From Mustelus asterias (Eukaryota): a DNA stretch of 64,000 nucleotides. The notes beneath the pieces are model-generated. The model was not told where the DNA came from and did no database searches. It was given only the letters and a program-made list of their open reading frames with translations. A program made the position numbers and the translations under genes. Every line of letters starts with the position of its first letter. Position 1 is the stretch's first letter. Below are positions 24,010-36,089 of this stretch, piece after piece. Location: the NCBI RefSeq assembly GCF_964213995.1, contig NC_135813.1:3782001-3846000 (forward strand), written 5' to 3'.

Positions 24010-25848
24010 TTACATTTAACTGAATTGTTTGATAATTTCAGGCCAACAGTGATGTATCAAATATACTGGCCAAATCTTGTAGTGCAATATTCAAGCAGCT
24101 TCAGGTCCACAGTATTGATTTAAAATGTAAGATAGAGACAACAACACTGTAAATGATAAAATTGAAAATACAATCTTCTCATTAACAGAAGATTTCATGC
24201 CCTTTAAAATTCAAGGCCATTGCTAGTGAGACCTCCAAATTTACCAATAAGCAGCACCAAAATTACTACGTGCAAGACAACCTGGTAGAGCACTCCCTAA
24301 TTGTTGTATGTGGAGGAAGGAAGGAAATCAGAAGGCTCATATCGTGCATATACACTATAATGTCCCTTGCCTGGCTCTTTGTAAAACGTGGAAACAGATA
24401 CATCCACTGACCATTTTGCTACATTTTACATAATACATACCTAAACTATTTCTTCATTCAAAAGAGAAAATTAGAATACACACAATAGGCAAGATTTCAT
24501 GCCATAGCACGCTAATACAAGCACTTTCCAAGTTCCAAGCCTCACTGCCAAAACTTTCTCGTTGCTGTATATGGGATCATGCTGTGCATAAAATGATTAC
24601 TGCAATTTCCCTATATTACAATAGAGCTAAATGCACCTCAATAAAGGCACCATGAGCTTTCCATTCATTCACACTATTAGAAATGTTACAAGTTAAAATT
24701 TAAACTAACACCACTTAATTACTGTAAAACATCTTACACCATTTGCATTGAATTAAACAGCAAAATGTCCATCTGGAACATAATAGATGCAAGCACTTGT
24801 TACATTACTGCTTCTACAGTTACAACCCACTTCTTACATATTCAAAGTTGGGGGAGGGGGCACAATAATCGGCCTTAATGCACCAAGGCCTTTGGGAAAC
24901 GTAAAAGAGACCACAACGCCACTCTGGAATGTCAGGGATATAGGCCACGGAAGGATTGAGCACAGCTGTGACTTCCTCACATCGTCAGATAGCCTGACAC
25001 TCAGGTTAATGTATGGCACTTATAAAGAAAGAAAAGCAACTTGCTGCAGCAGAAATTTGCATTATCAAGAATCTGGGCTTCTACAAAAGGGAAAAACATT
25101 TAATGAATTCCTTTCCTACACCTCAAGATGGTACACACAACCAATGTTTAAAAGCACAGTGACCAACCTTTGCATCTAGTGAGCAACCAATTCTCTGTAC
25201 CCATTCCCAAAATACGGAGAACAAATAATTTGTTTTTGCCCAGATATTTTCCAATGTTTGGGAGCAAAAACATTCATTGGGACATTGGGTTATGCTATTA
25301 ACAGACAGACCATCCTAATTTCTGTTCAAAATGTAAAAACACGATAACAATCAAGTTATAATTTAAAACGGAGCACAACTTAAGCAAGCTTTATAATTTC
25401 TTCTAATCAAGCCAAAAGAGTTGCAAAGCAATATCGCAAAGGAAACTTCAAAACTTGCGGCAAGTTATTAATTACTATAAGCCAATGGTTTCAAACACAA
25501 CTTTAGCTTAGTAAACAGCCACATCAGCAAAAACAGAATGGCAACTATAACATTGGCTGCAGAAAAGAGCATAACCCAGTAAGACTAGCACAACACAAGA
25601 TTAAAAACAAGCTCTCAATGATCCAAATCGTCATGGCTGTGGTTTGCTGTAAAGTAATACCGACTTTTGATCAGTGCTGCAGTAAATAGCATGTGCCTCT
25701 AGGGGTCATTGTTAAAGGAAAGGCAACTAGTACTCATTACAATGGCAAGGAAGTTCATAGAAACTCAGCCAATACATTTTGACTATAACGCCATGCCCGA
25801 GAGTGTCTAAAATTGAGTCACGATTGCTTCAATTCCTTGAAGTTGAAT

Positions 25849-26026
25849 CACAGCACCAGATTAAAGTCCAACAGGTTTATTTGGAATCACGAGCTTTTGG
25901 AGCGCTGCTCCTTTATCGTTCACCCGATGAAAGAGCAGCGCTCTGAAAGCTCGTAATTCCAAATAAATCCGGTGTTGTGATACTTCTTACTGTGCCCACC
26001 CCAATCCAACGTCAGCATCTCCACAT
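25849..26026. mobile_element. Fold-back Penelope-terminus element in SET intron 3
   Basis: Palindromic arms around ~25920, flanked by the perfect 13-bp TSD cttgaagttgaat (25836-25848 and 26027-26039). Confidence 0.8.
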
Positions 26027-26210
26027 CTTGAAGTTGAATATGCTCCATATAATCAGATTCTACTGCAAACAAAGATAAAGCTCCCTTTCAATAAACTATC
26101 ACACAACAAATTTTTACACAGGCAACATAAGAAAAATCCCTGACATGTTCACATCAAAATTGTATCTCCCACACGTTCTGTTCTCCCAATTTATTTACAG
26201 CCATTCTTTA

Positions 26211-26405
<195 letters not shown>

Positions 26406-26789
26406 TTATTCACAGCCTGGTAAAATAGTACTTTTGAGTTTCAAAGCATATACAGACATATTTAATCTACACTCCTTTCAACTGCCAAACTGACCAAACA
26501 GGGCAAGAACACCTCTGCGTGCAAGGGGCAAGGAAAACAGCTGAAACCAGGACCGATAAATGCAAAGGTAATGTGGTTTATTCTAGAAGTGAAATTGTCC
26601 AAAAAACTCCACCTGCAAACAAAATGGTCTGGCAGTTGTACTTTTAAGGTTATAACAGAGATTTTAAAACAATCTGGCCCCGAGGCAGTACATTGTGCGC
26701 ACTAGCTCAAGGATCAATGTTTTCTTCTTCTTCCAATCGCTCATCCATTAAACTATGTGCATGTCACAACAATGGAGCTAGCAAATCAA

Positions 26790-27560
26790 TTGTAGTAAAA
26801 CTGCAACTTTTCTCCATTGGGCATTCAAAACTCCTAATTCAATCAGGGGTGGCATAACAGCAGGGAGACTGGATGCCTCCACTTCTTCAAAGATACATTG
26901 GGAAATATTTGTAAGCATATGCTAAATCAAAAGGGCCTTTTATCCAAAAGGCTAAAATACAGGGGGGGGGGGGGGGGGGGGGAATAAAATGTTATGATCA
27001 TACAAGGCCCTAGCTACATCACACCTTGAATGCTGTTTATAATTCTGGACACTGCATCTTAGACTGGCTAGAATATTGCCAGGGCTCTAAAGGGTAAAAT
27101 CAAGAGATTTCAGAAACTAGGCTTGAACTCTCAAAGGCATGGAAAGGTCAGTGAGAAAGGAAGAATATGACCAGGGCAGGCAGCTGCTGAGGACAAGCGT
27201 TGATACACCACGATGGACTGTACTTGTGCACAAGCAACACCTCAAAAGATGGAAAATACAGCATGATTAGGCTCTTAGATACCATCATGTTAGTTCAAAT
27301 AATTTAGACTCTTCTCCCACAACTTTTCAATCCCAAAAATTAAACACCCTCTGGGTGTAACTAGGACCTTGTATGATTTTATCCCCCCCCCCCCCCCGCA
27401 TTTTAGATAAAAGGCCCTTTTGATTTAGCATGCGCTTACAAATATTTCCCAATGTATCTTTGAAGAAGTGGAGGCAGCCAGTCTCCTTGCTGTTATGCCA
27501 CCCCTGATTGAATTAGGAGTTTTGAATGCCCAATGGAGAAAAGTTCCAGTTTTACTACAA
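26790..27560. repeat. Long inverted duplication in SET intron 2 (arms ~26790-27018 and ~27355-27560)
   Basis: ttgtagtaaaactgcaacttttctccattgggcattcaaaactcc...G-run is mirrored by C-run...ggagttttgaatgcccaatggagaaaagttccagttttactacaa, with few mismatches. Confidence 0.93.
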
Positions 27561-28012
27561 ATACAACCACCAATAAAGCTAGCTAGAATTGTGATCACCA
27601 AGAGACAACACCTCGCAAATGCACATACAGAACAATATTAAAAGACTCCATGTATTCTCTCTCGCATTATAAGCAGTTACCCCAATATGTGGAATAGTAT
27701 TTGAAAAATCACCCTGATATAAACAGACATTTTAGTTTTAATTAACTCTCATTTTTCACTAACCCCCATTCAATTTCACAGAAATTACGAACGTATATCA
27801 CTAAGTTTCAGGACCACATCAGCATATGGCTCAGAAGACAAGTGAAACAATGGAAACTTTCAAACCAAGGACCACTTCCGTCTGTTGCAACATCAAAATT
27901 ATTGCTGCACCAAATTTAAAAAATGTTGTTGGGGTTAAAACTTAAGGGTGAAGCTCAACCAACTTCCATGGAGTTAAACATGCAACTTAACATACCGCTT
28001 CCGTTACTTTAC

Positions 28013-28070
28013 CTGTCTATTTCATTCTGTACTTCATCAATGTGTTCAATGGCTTCCTGTTGCTCTTTTT
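28013..28070 (-). CDS. SET: SET exon 2
   Basis: (E)KEQQEAIEHIDEVQNEID(R), 58 nt, canonical splice sites. Confidence 0.95.
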
Positions 28071-29711
28071 CTGTAAAGAAAGTTTTACAAAGTCACAAAA
28101 TTGGAGGTGTTCGATCAGCACATATGCTATTTCTAAGACGTTTAAATGACACCTTCGACATTGCACTAAAACACTTTCCTTAAATCAAATCCACACTGGT
28201 AATTCTAAAATATTAAAACAGACGGATCAAATACGAGTTCAGTTTCAATACTTCCTATTTTGTCTTCTCAAACAGGCGATAAAGGCACAAAGAAAGTTGT
28301 GAACTCTTCATTTTACATAATTCCCCAAGGACGGATGCCCTCGGAAGAAACACTGCATTAAATGCTTAAAGGCAACGGGTAAACTTAGAGAACAAGTTAA
28401 CCTGGCAGAAGTTTAAAAAAAAACTCATCTGCAAAAGTAGATGTAGCGAAATCTGTCACAAAACCATCGTCCGGAAAAAAAAGCAACTCATTTCTTTCTG
28501 CTCACCTATTGCTTGGAACTGTGAAAATTAGACAGGGCATGCCAATCTCAAACAGCAGCCAGAAAGTCCCCTGTAATATATAGCGAATTTAAACCAAGAA
28601 ACGTCAACAATTCGCCTGCTACCCACGTTTCAGTGCCGCTTCCCTTTGTGTTGAATGAACCCCTGCTAAATTATAAGCCGCGTGGTTCCTCCCGAAAGGA
28701 AGTCGCTGCTTTAATATCGGCATTTCAAAATAGAATGAATTGTATCGAAAACAAACTTTTCAAAATCCGGCATTTATTAAAACTGGTCGGACATCTGCCT
28801 TCATTTTAAAGCATTTTCACAATTTTACTTAATGCAACCCATTTTCATTCATTTCCCCCTCTTTCACATCAAAAGCTGCAATTAAATTCTGCAAATGCGT
28901 TGGACTTTTCCCTCCAGATTTTACACTGCTTTGTTTTTTTTTTGTGTGTGGCAAGTCGCGGTCACACACATGCGGGATTCTCAGAAGAAAAACATTCCAG
29001 TTAAAATGACTCCAAAAATAAAAGGTGGGATCAAATGAGGGAGGGGGAATTGGTGTAGAGGAAAAAGGTTTGGGATAACATTGCCGGCCAGCGCAGTTTG
29101 AATCGCCTTAGCAGGCAGGAAAATAAAAAAAAAGAGGGATGCCTATAATCCCTTTAACACCAGGCCGCGTGGTTAGGCCTCTCTCTCTCTCCAAGTCGGC
29201 TGCCTCCAAGCCGCCCCGAGTATCGCTGCTAATAGCGGGAAGCCCATGTTGGGACCTGCCTCCCTGCACATTATCCGTGCCCGCTGTAGGTTTAATGTGG
29301 GTGGAGGGAAGGGGGGGATGAAATAGGGCATCTTCACCTCGGAGGGACGAGCAGGCCGCGGCGGCTCCATTTCTCTTTCCTGGTATCATGGCGGCCGCCT
29401 TACACAATGAGGGAGGAGGAGGAGGAGGTGGAGAGATTCTGTTCTTTTTTTTTCACTCTCTCTCTCTCTCTCTGTATGTGGCTTCATAAACATGGCGCCG
29501 GAGTGAATGGAGTTACCCTCCCGCGCTGCCTTTCAGCTCCTCTCCAGCCCGACCGAGAGGGGGAGCGTGGGGCCGCCATTCCGCGTACACACACACATAT
29601 ATATATATAGATATATATACACACTCACACAGCGGCCTTCACAAACACAAGCCTCTACTCACACGGATTTAACCATAACAAGGGGAAAAAAATCGCTGCA
29701 CAAAAAATTAC

Positions 29712-29784
29712 CTGAGGTCTCGTCTGCTCCATCATGGTTCGAGTTCACCTCTTTTTTACTCATCTTTGTCGCTGGGACCGACAT
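29712..29784 (-). CDS. SET: SET exon 1 (TAF-I beta type N-terminus)
   Basis: MSVPATKMSKKEVNSNHDGADETS|gtaatt, 73 nt. Joined CDS is 843 nt = 280 aa, NAP-family histone chaperone / PP2A inhibitor. Confidence 0.93.
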
Positions 29785-29789
29785 CTTGG

Positions 29790-30459
29790 AAGAAGGAAAA
29801 GGGGGAAATAAAAAAAAAGGAGGAAAAAAAATGATGAAAAGCCCTGATCTGCGCTTTCTCTTATTGATCTGCCTCTATTTCTCTTGCTGGCCCGCTCCCC
29901 TCGCTGCTCTCCTCTCTTTCCCCCTCGATGGCTCAGTGGGTCTCGCGCCTCTTACCACAGTGGGGAAGGGAAAAAAAAAACGCTCGCGCTCAGCCCGCTG
30001 CAACACGCACGCGCCTTGGCGGCCCTTCCACCGCCACCCCCCCCCCCCCCCCCCCCCCCAAAAAGCCCAACAACCAAAACCGCCCAGTGCGCGTGCGCAG
30101 TGCGCCGCCCTCGCGCCCAACGTACGCTCCGGCGTCGCCTCCCATTGGCCGCCCTGGGGCGGCGGCGGCAACGGCGCGAGGGCGACGGTGACGTCAGGCG
30201 GCGCGAGGGCACCAATCGGACCGGGTCGTCATGGTGACGGGGCGCCCTGATTGGGTCGCGTCGAGCGTTAGCTCATGCTGCGCGTTCGGTGTGTGCGATG
30301 AGGGGCGAATTTTTTTTTTCGGTTTTTGTTTTTAATCGAGTGTTAGGAGGTAGAGGAGCCCTCCACACTCCAACCCATCTTTATTGAAAAAATACATATA
30401 AGCTAGAGTCGGCTTCCAGTGTGGGGAGGGTTTTGGGGGCTTGATAAGCCGAACGGACC
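29790..30459. promoter_or_regulatory. Bidirectional CpG-island promoter for SET (minus) and DYNC2I2 (plus)
   Basis: Start codons are 675 bp apart, head to head. CRE TGACGTCA at 30189-30196, CCAAT boxes (~30142, ~30212, ~30249), NRF1-like TGCGCGTGCGCA (~30088), X-box-like GTCGTCATGGTGAC at 30225-30238. Confidence 0.8.
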
Positions 30460-30795
30460 ATGTTCAGCGACGAGGTGCGAGAGGCCGTGTCGATCGAGTC
30501 GCGCTGGAAGAAAGCTGCCGAGCTGTGTGACGCAGTTTGTCAGACGGCGGAGGTTCGACGCGCCGAAGCCTCAGTGCAGATCCGACGCAGCGCCAAGATC
30601 AGTACGCAGACGGAGCCAATCGAGTATCGAGAGCAGCCGGCCATTGATGGCAGCACGGAGCCTCGGATTGATTCCCCGCGTCTGCTTCACTTTCTCCGCC
30701 AGGTGGAGCCGATGGTGAGCAAGGAGTTAATGAAGAACACCAAGAGCCACGCCTTTGATGGATTTGAAGTCAACTGGATAGACCATCCACACACA
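30460..30795 (+). CDS. DYNC2I2: Dynein-2 intermediate chain DYNC2I2/WDR34, exon 1
   Basis: MFSDE...VCQT...STQTE (LC8-type TQT)...[32 protein letters not shown]; donor gtaagt at 30796. Confidence 0.92.
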
Positions 30796-31379
30796 GTAAG
30801 TCTTGCATCTGTAAAAGTGAAAACTTGCATCTGTTTCGATTTCTACAACATTATTTGTAAAATGGGATCTGAAATGAGAATGCAAACACATGCAGTTCAA
30901 TGCATTTGCGAAACGAACTCTTAATTTGGCCATCATGATTCACCATTATTTGGCTGGACCTTCCCCTTGAGTGCATGCCCCACAGAAAGAAGCAGGCGCT
31001 GTCTACATGGCAAAACCTGTAGCATGTCGCGCTCCTTGAATAAAGTTGATGGGAAGCCAACCGATGCCGGATAAAGTCAGAGGTTGGAAGTGCTCAGTTG
31101 TCAAAAAAGGAAGGTCGGGTTAATCTCGAACGCATGACCGACCATTCTGTAGAGCAGGGATCATTGATAGTATAATTAATCCTACCTTCACTGCTCCCTT
31201 CTGGGCATATTTTCTGTTCTTATTGCAAGTAATGTAAGAGTTGTCTGGGGAATTTTATAGAGTAAGAGTTTTAACAACACCAGGTTAAAGTTTATAGAAA
31301 CATTTGTTGAAATACACCCATGCTGTAGTTTTCAATATATTTCTATATATTTAATGCTGATCATTAGCGTTTTCATGTT

Positions 31380-31770
31380 TAAGTTTATTTATTAGTGTCA
31401 CAAGTAGACTTACATTAACACTGCAATGAAGTTGGGGTGGCACAGTTGTCAGCACTGCTGCCTCACAGTGGCAGGGACCCGGGTTCGATTCCTGGCTTGT
31501 GTCACTAACTTCATTGCAGTGTTAATGTAAGCCTACTTGTGATACAAATAAATAAACTTTACTGTGAAAATCCCCTAGTTGCCACACTCTGACACCTGTT
31601 CAGATACATTTGAGGGAGAATTTAGCATTGCCAATGCACCTAACCAGTATGTCTTTCGCACTGTGGGAGGACACGGGAGCACCAGGAGGAAACCCATGCA
31701 GACACAGGGGAAATGTGCACAGTCACCGAAGCCAGGAATCGAATCCGGGTCTCTGGCACTGTGAGGCTCC
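31380..31770 (-). mobile_element. HE1 SINE with an internally deleted plus-strand copy (31434-31560) nested in its tail
   Basis: The tail is split at gaagtt|actgtgaaaatccc by a head+tail mini-copy, creating ~53-bp inverted arms. Confidence 0.75.
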
Positions 31771-32789
31771 AGTGATTAGCTGAAATGCAAGAGTAATATC
31801 CATCTTTTTGATCAGATGTTAATCCAAGGTCCTGTCTGCTTTCTAATGCATGCAAAAGATCCCATTCCAAAACCAGATCCCTGGTTTTAGCAGGGAAATT
31901 AATAAATCAAATCTTTTAATGACATTTTAAAATAATATGAAGAAACTTAGCAAGAGACTTCTCTCTCTTGCAAGTGTATGAATACTTTTTAATTCTTGAT
32001 TTTGGTCGCTTCAATCCTAGATTTGAGTTTATTCTTTAGCCCAGAGGTCTGATGGTTGCTGTTTGCAGTCCCTGCAGTCTGAACATGTGCAGGGTGCTGA
32101 ATTTTGTAGTATTTGGTTAGCCCAGCTGGAAAATTATTTTCCCTTGGCCTCAAAACGCTGTGCAATGGTTGTCTGTGTATAGCAATAACAATTTATTTGT
32201 TGGAAATTATTCAAATATAAATGTAACAAATTTCTAAATCATTGCCAAGCTTAGAGAGACTGTTTCTGTTTATAATTTAAATTGAAAAAATAGGACGTGC
32301 TTTTCACAACCACGGGAAGACCTAAAGCACTTTGCAGTTAATGAAGTACTTTGAGGTGTAAGTCCCTAATAGTCCCAGATGACCATTGGCCTTGAGGCTC
32401 GTCTTTGAGGGGGAGAGCTGACTGGTGGTGATTTAACCTGAGGATCACCACACCTCAAGCGAGGGACAAGGTTGAGAAGGTGGGCCTTCATGAATAACCT
32501 TGGCTAGTACAGGAATTGAATCTGTGTTGTTGGCGGGCGTCACTCTGCATCACAAACCAACAGTCCAGCCAACTGAGCCCCAAGAATTTGCAGTGTAGTC
32601 ACTGTTGAAACATAATAAACAAAACCCAGAATTTAACTGTGTGGGTTCCTCAAACGTCTTGTGGAAATTGGCTATTGTGCCAAGGAGCGTAGAACAGTGA
32701 GAGAAAGATGGTGGAGGGAGTGGTTTGGAGTTGAGGTGATGGGGAAGGTGACCAGGAGCTTGTTGGGCTGGAGAAAATATTAATGCTCC

Positions 32790-33230
32790 CCTTGTCTGCA
32801 AATCACATTCCCCTATCACCCCCGCGCTTGCTAACCTAACTGGACTCCCAGTCAGGCAAAGTCTTGATTTTTAAATTCTCATGCTTGTTTTCTGATTCCT
32901 CCATGGCCTTATTTCTTATTTCTGTAATCTTCTTCAACCCCACAAACCCTCTTGAGGTATTTGTGCTCCTCTAATTCTGGCCTCTTGTGCACTCCAATTT
33001 ATAACTGCTTCACCATTAGTGGCAAATTCTTCAGCTCCTGAAGCCCCAAGATCTAGAATTTTCCCCTTCATCTCTGTACCTCACTTTACTCCTTTAAGAC
33101 ACTTCTTAAAATCTACCTGTTTGACCTGGCATTTGGTCATCTGACCCCTTATGTGGCTTTGTTTTATACTTTGGAATGTTCCAGTAAAAATGCCTTGGGG
33201 AGTTTCATCACATTAAAGGTGCTATGTGAA
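32790..33230 (+). mobile_element. Degraded L2-type LINE 3' end
   Basis: cccctatcacccccgcgcttgctaacctaactggactcc...tttaagacacttcttaaaatctacctgtttgac. Similar remnants at ~10080-10560, ~55780-56170 (minus) and ~63150-63370. Confidence 0.55.
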
Positions 33231-33289
33231 TTGTTATGGTAAATACTTTTAGTTGTTTGGTGGTACAGAACTTGAGTATTGCTTTAAAA

Positions 33290-34900
33290 AACATACTTTG
33301 TCAAAACTTTTCATTAATCCTATCACAAGAATACCAATGTCAGGGAAAACAATTTTATACTGTATGGAAAGAGAGTGCTGATCAGTTAGTAAGTGGACTC
33401 TGCGATTTGTAGAGGCATTGCCAAGGAGAATGCACCAGTTGATGGTGACTGACAGTTAACTGCCAAGCATTGTTTGAAATTTACACCTGGCATCTTGACT
33501 CACATTGACCAAGGCATTGTCCTGTGGAATGAGCCAGTGAATTTAGCTGAAACACATGCAGTGTGTGTACCTGTTCTGTCTGAAGAACAGGATCCTGTGT
33601 ATTAATAGAGCTTCCTGCACATGCAAATGCACCATACTGCGAACCCAACTGACAATTTTAAATTGGTTGTCAACATATTTTTAGCAAATGTTGTGGAATC
33701 TAATATTGGACGTTGTTTTGGGTTTTGCAAGCATGGGCTGGTCGAATATGGTCTGTATTTCGTATTTTGCGAACAGTGGAAGGGGCATATTGTTTGATAT
33801 GATCCCACCAGTCTTTGGGATGTATAGCCTACATACCTGGCATCACATTGGCATTGAAATTCATCTACCACCTTACTCATTTGTATGACAGGCAGTATGT
33901 CTTTGTGGGGCGGCACGGTAGCACAGTGGTTAGCACTGCTGCTTCACAGCTCCAGGGACCTGGGTTCGATTCCCGCTTGGGTCACTGTCTGTGTGGAGTT
34001 TGCACATTCTCCTCGTGTCTGCGTGGGTTTCCTCCGGGTGCTCCGGTTTCTTCCCACAGTCCAAAGATGTGTGGGTTAGGTTGATTGGCCATGCTAAAAT
34101 TGCCCCTTAGTGTCCTGGGATGTGTAGATTAGAGGGATTAGCAGGTAGGATATGGGTGTAGAGCCTGGGTGGGATTGTGGTCGGTGCAGACTCGATGGGC
34201 CGAATGGCCTCTTTCTGTACTGTAGGGTTTCTATGATTTCTTCTATGATTGGACAGCAGCATCTTCATGGCAAATGCTATTCGCTGCTACTGCATAGTAG
34301 CAGCATGAAACGGCTAGCTTCACCTCAAATTGTTGAGTTACTTCCCCTTCTGGGGAAGTCTGAGATAGCCTGGGCACTTTTCCAAACTAAAAGTGACAAC
34401 TTTAGGCCCATTCATGAGTTTCCGTGACACACAGAGTGGGATGATTTGATCAGGAGATCCATTATCCTGCAAGATGTCTTTGATGCATGTTATTTCAGCA
34501 TCAAGCCTGTATGGTGAGCAAATGGCTCGGACCTATTTACAAGGTTGCCGATAAGACCAATCTTTTAGCAGGTGGAACTGTAAGAATCTCAATGGGTGTA
34601 TTGACCAGTGAAGGTAGGCTTGTGATATATTGAGGTTGAGAACCAACTAGCAGATTTCTCAACCGATACGTGAAAGAAAGGAAGTTCATTTAACTGCTCC
34701 ATTTCAAAGGTGAATTTGAGTGCAGGATGGAGATCATGAAGACATGCAAGGAAAGTATTACATGCTGCTGTGGATTTAAATCTCGGCCCAGCTCGTGCAA
34801 ACCTCTTTGTTGGCAACCCCTATAACATGAGAAATGTATCTTTGATGGAATGACACTTAACCTCCTACCCCGTGTATATTTCAGATATGTGGATGAAACA
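33290..34900 (-). mobile_element. Degraded Penelope-like element (RT plus GIY-YIG), interrupted by an HE1 SINE
   Basis: LHPALKFTFEMEQLNELPFFHVSVEK...STSIYHKPTFTGQY (PLE RT thumb) and KVVDEFQCQCDARYVGYTSQRL (GIY-YIG-like). Confidence 0.75.
33907..34248 (+). mobile_element. HE1/V-SINE
   Basis: Near-consensus head, V-domain and CR1-type tail. Confidence 0.9.
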
Positions 34901-35004
34901 GTTGCTGTGTTTAAGTGTCTTTTTGAATATATGACAAAACGCTTCGACAGAATGTCTTTTCACAGTAAATACTTTCTGAATTCTATTTCTCAAAGTCTTG
35001 TCAT

Positions 35005-35912
35005 TCACAGAATCACAGAATAATAGTGCAGAAGAGGCCCTTCGGCCCATCAAGTCTGCACCGATGCATGAAATGCCCTGACCTACTCACCTAATCCCAC
35101 TTGCCAGCACTTGGCCCATAGCCTTGAATGTTATGACGTGCCAAGTACTCATCCAGGTACTTTTTAAAGGATGTGAGGCATACCGCCTCCACCACCCTCC
35201 CAAGCAGTGCATTCCACACCGTCACCACCCTCTGAGTAAAAAACGTTTTTTCTCAAAAGCCCCTAAACCTCCCACCCCTCACTTTTAACTTGTGTCCCCT
35301 CGTAACTGACCCTTCAACTAAGGGGAACAGCTGATTCCTATCTACCCTGTCCATGCCCCTCATAATTTTGAACACCTCAATCAGGTCGCCCCTCAGTCTT
35401 CTCTGCTCCAACGAAAACAACCCAAGCCTATCCAACCTCTCTTCATAACTTAAATGTTCCATCCCAGACAGCATCCTGGTGAATCTCCTCTGCACCCCCT
35501 CCAGTGTGTTCACGTCCTTCCTATAATGTGGCAACCAGAACTGCACACAGTGCTCCAGCTGTGGCCTCACCAAAGTTCTATACAACTCCATCATGACGTC
35601 TCTGCTTTTGTAATCTATACCCCGATTGATAAAGGCGAGTGTGCCATGTGCCTTTTTCACCACCCTATTTACCTGCCTTTCCGCCTTCAGAGACCTATGG
35701 ACAAACACGCCAAGGTCCCTTTGTTCTTCGGAACTTCCCAGTGTCAGACCTTTCATAGTATACTTCCTTGTCAAATTACTCCTTTCAAAGTGCATCACCT
35801 CACACTTTTCAGGGTTAAATTCCATCTGCCATTTATCTGACCATTTGACCATCTCGTCTATATCTTCCTGTAACCCAAGACACTCAACCTCACTGTTAAC
35901 CACCCAGCCAGT
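35005..35912 (-). mobile_element. CR1 LINE 3' fragment
   Basis: ORF 35253..36092: WQMEFNPEKCEVMHF...LYRTLVRPQLEHCVQFW. Confidence 0.92.
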
Positions 35913-36089
35913 CTTTGACAGAGTCCGCTCCATTCCTGTCCACTGACTTCCCAAGGGGTCAAAAGATTGACTGAATATTGTTAATTGAGAGTAAAGATAC
36001 ATTTTTATTATTCCAGCTATGTGTTTATGAATAGATATACTGAATCTGTATATTTGAGGGAGGCGATGGTATAGTGGTAATGTCATCAC

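Noticed and set aside
25885-25956. Functional hammerheads in the SET-intron copy and at 2590-2628, 3458-3495 and 9568-9600
   Set aside because: Core nucleotides are mutated (for example CCGATGA, CTGTTGA, CCGAGGA, or loss of GAAA), so they are treated as decayed copies.
29507-30250. Overlapping GC-rich ORFs of 87-247 aa
   Set aside because: Low-complexity products of the CpG island, antisense to SET exon 1 and its UTR, with no recognisable domain.
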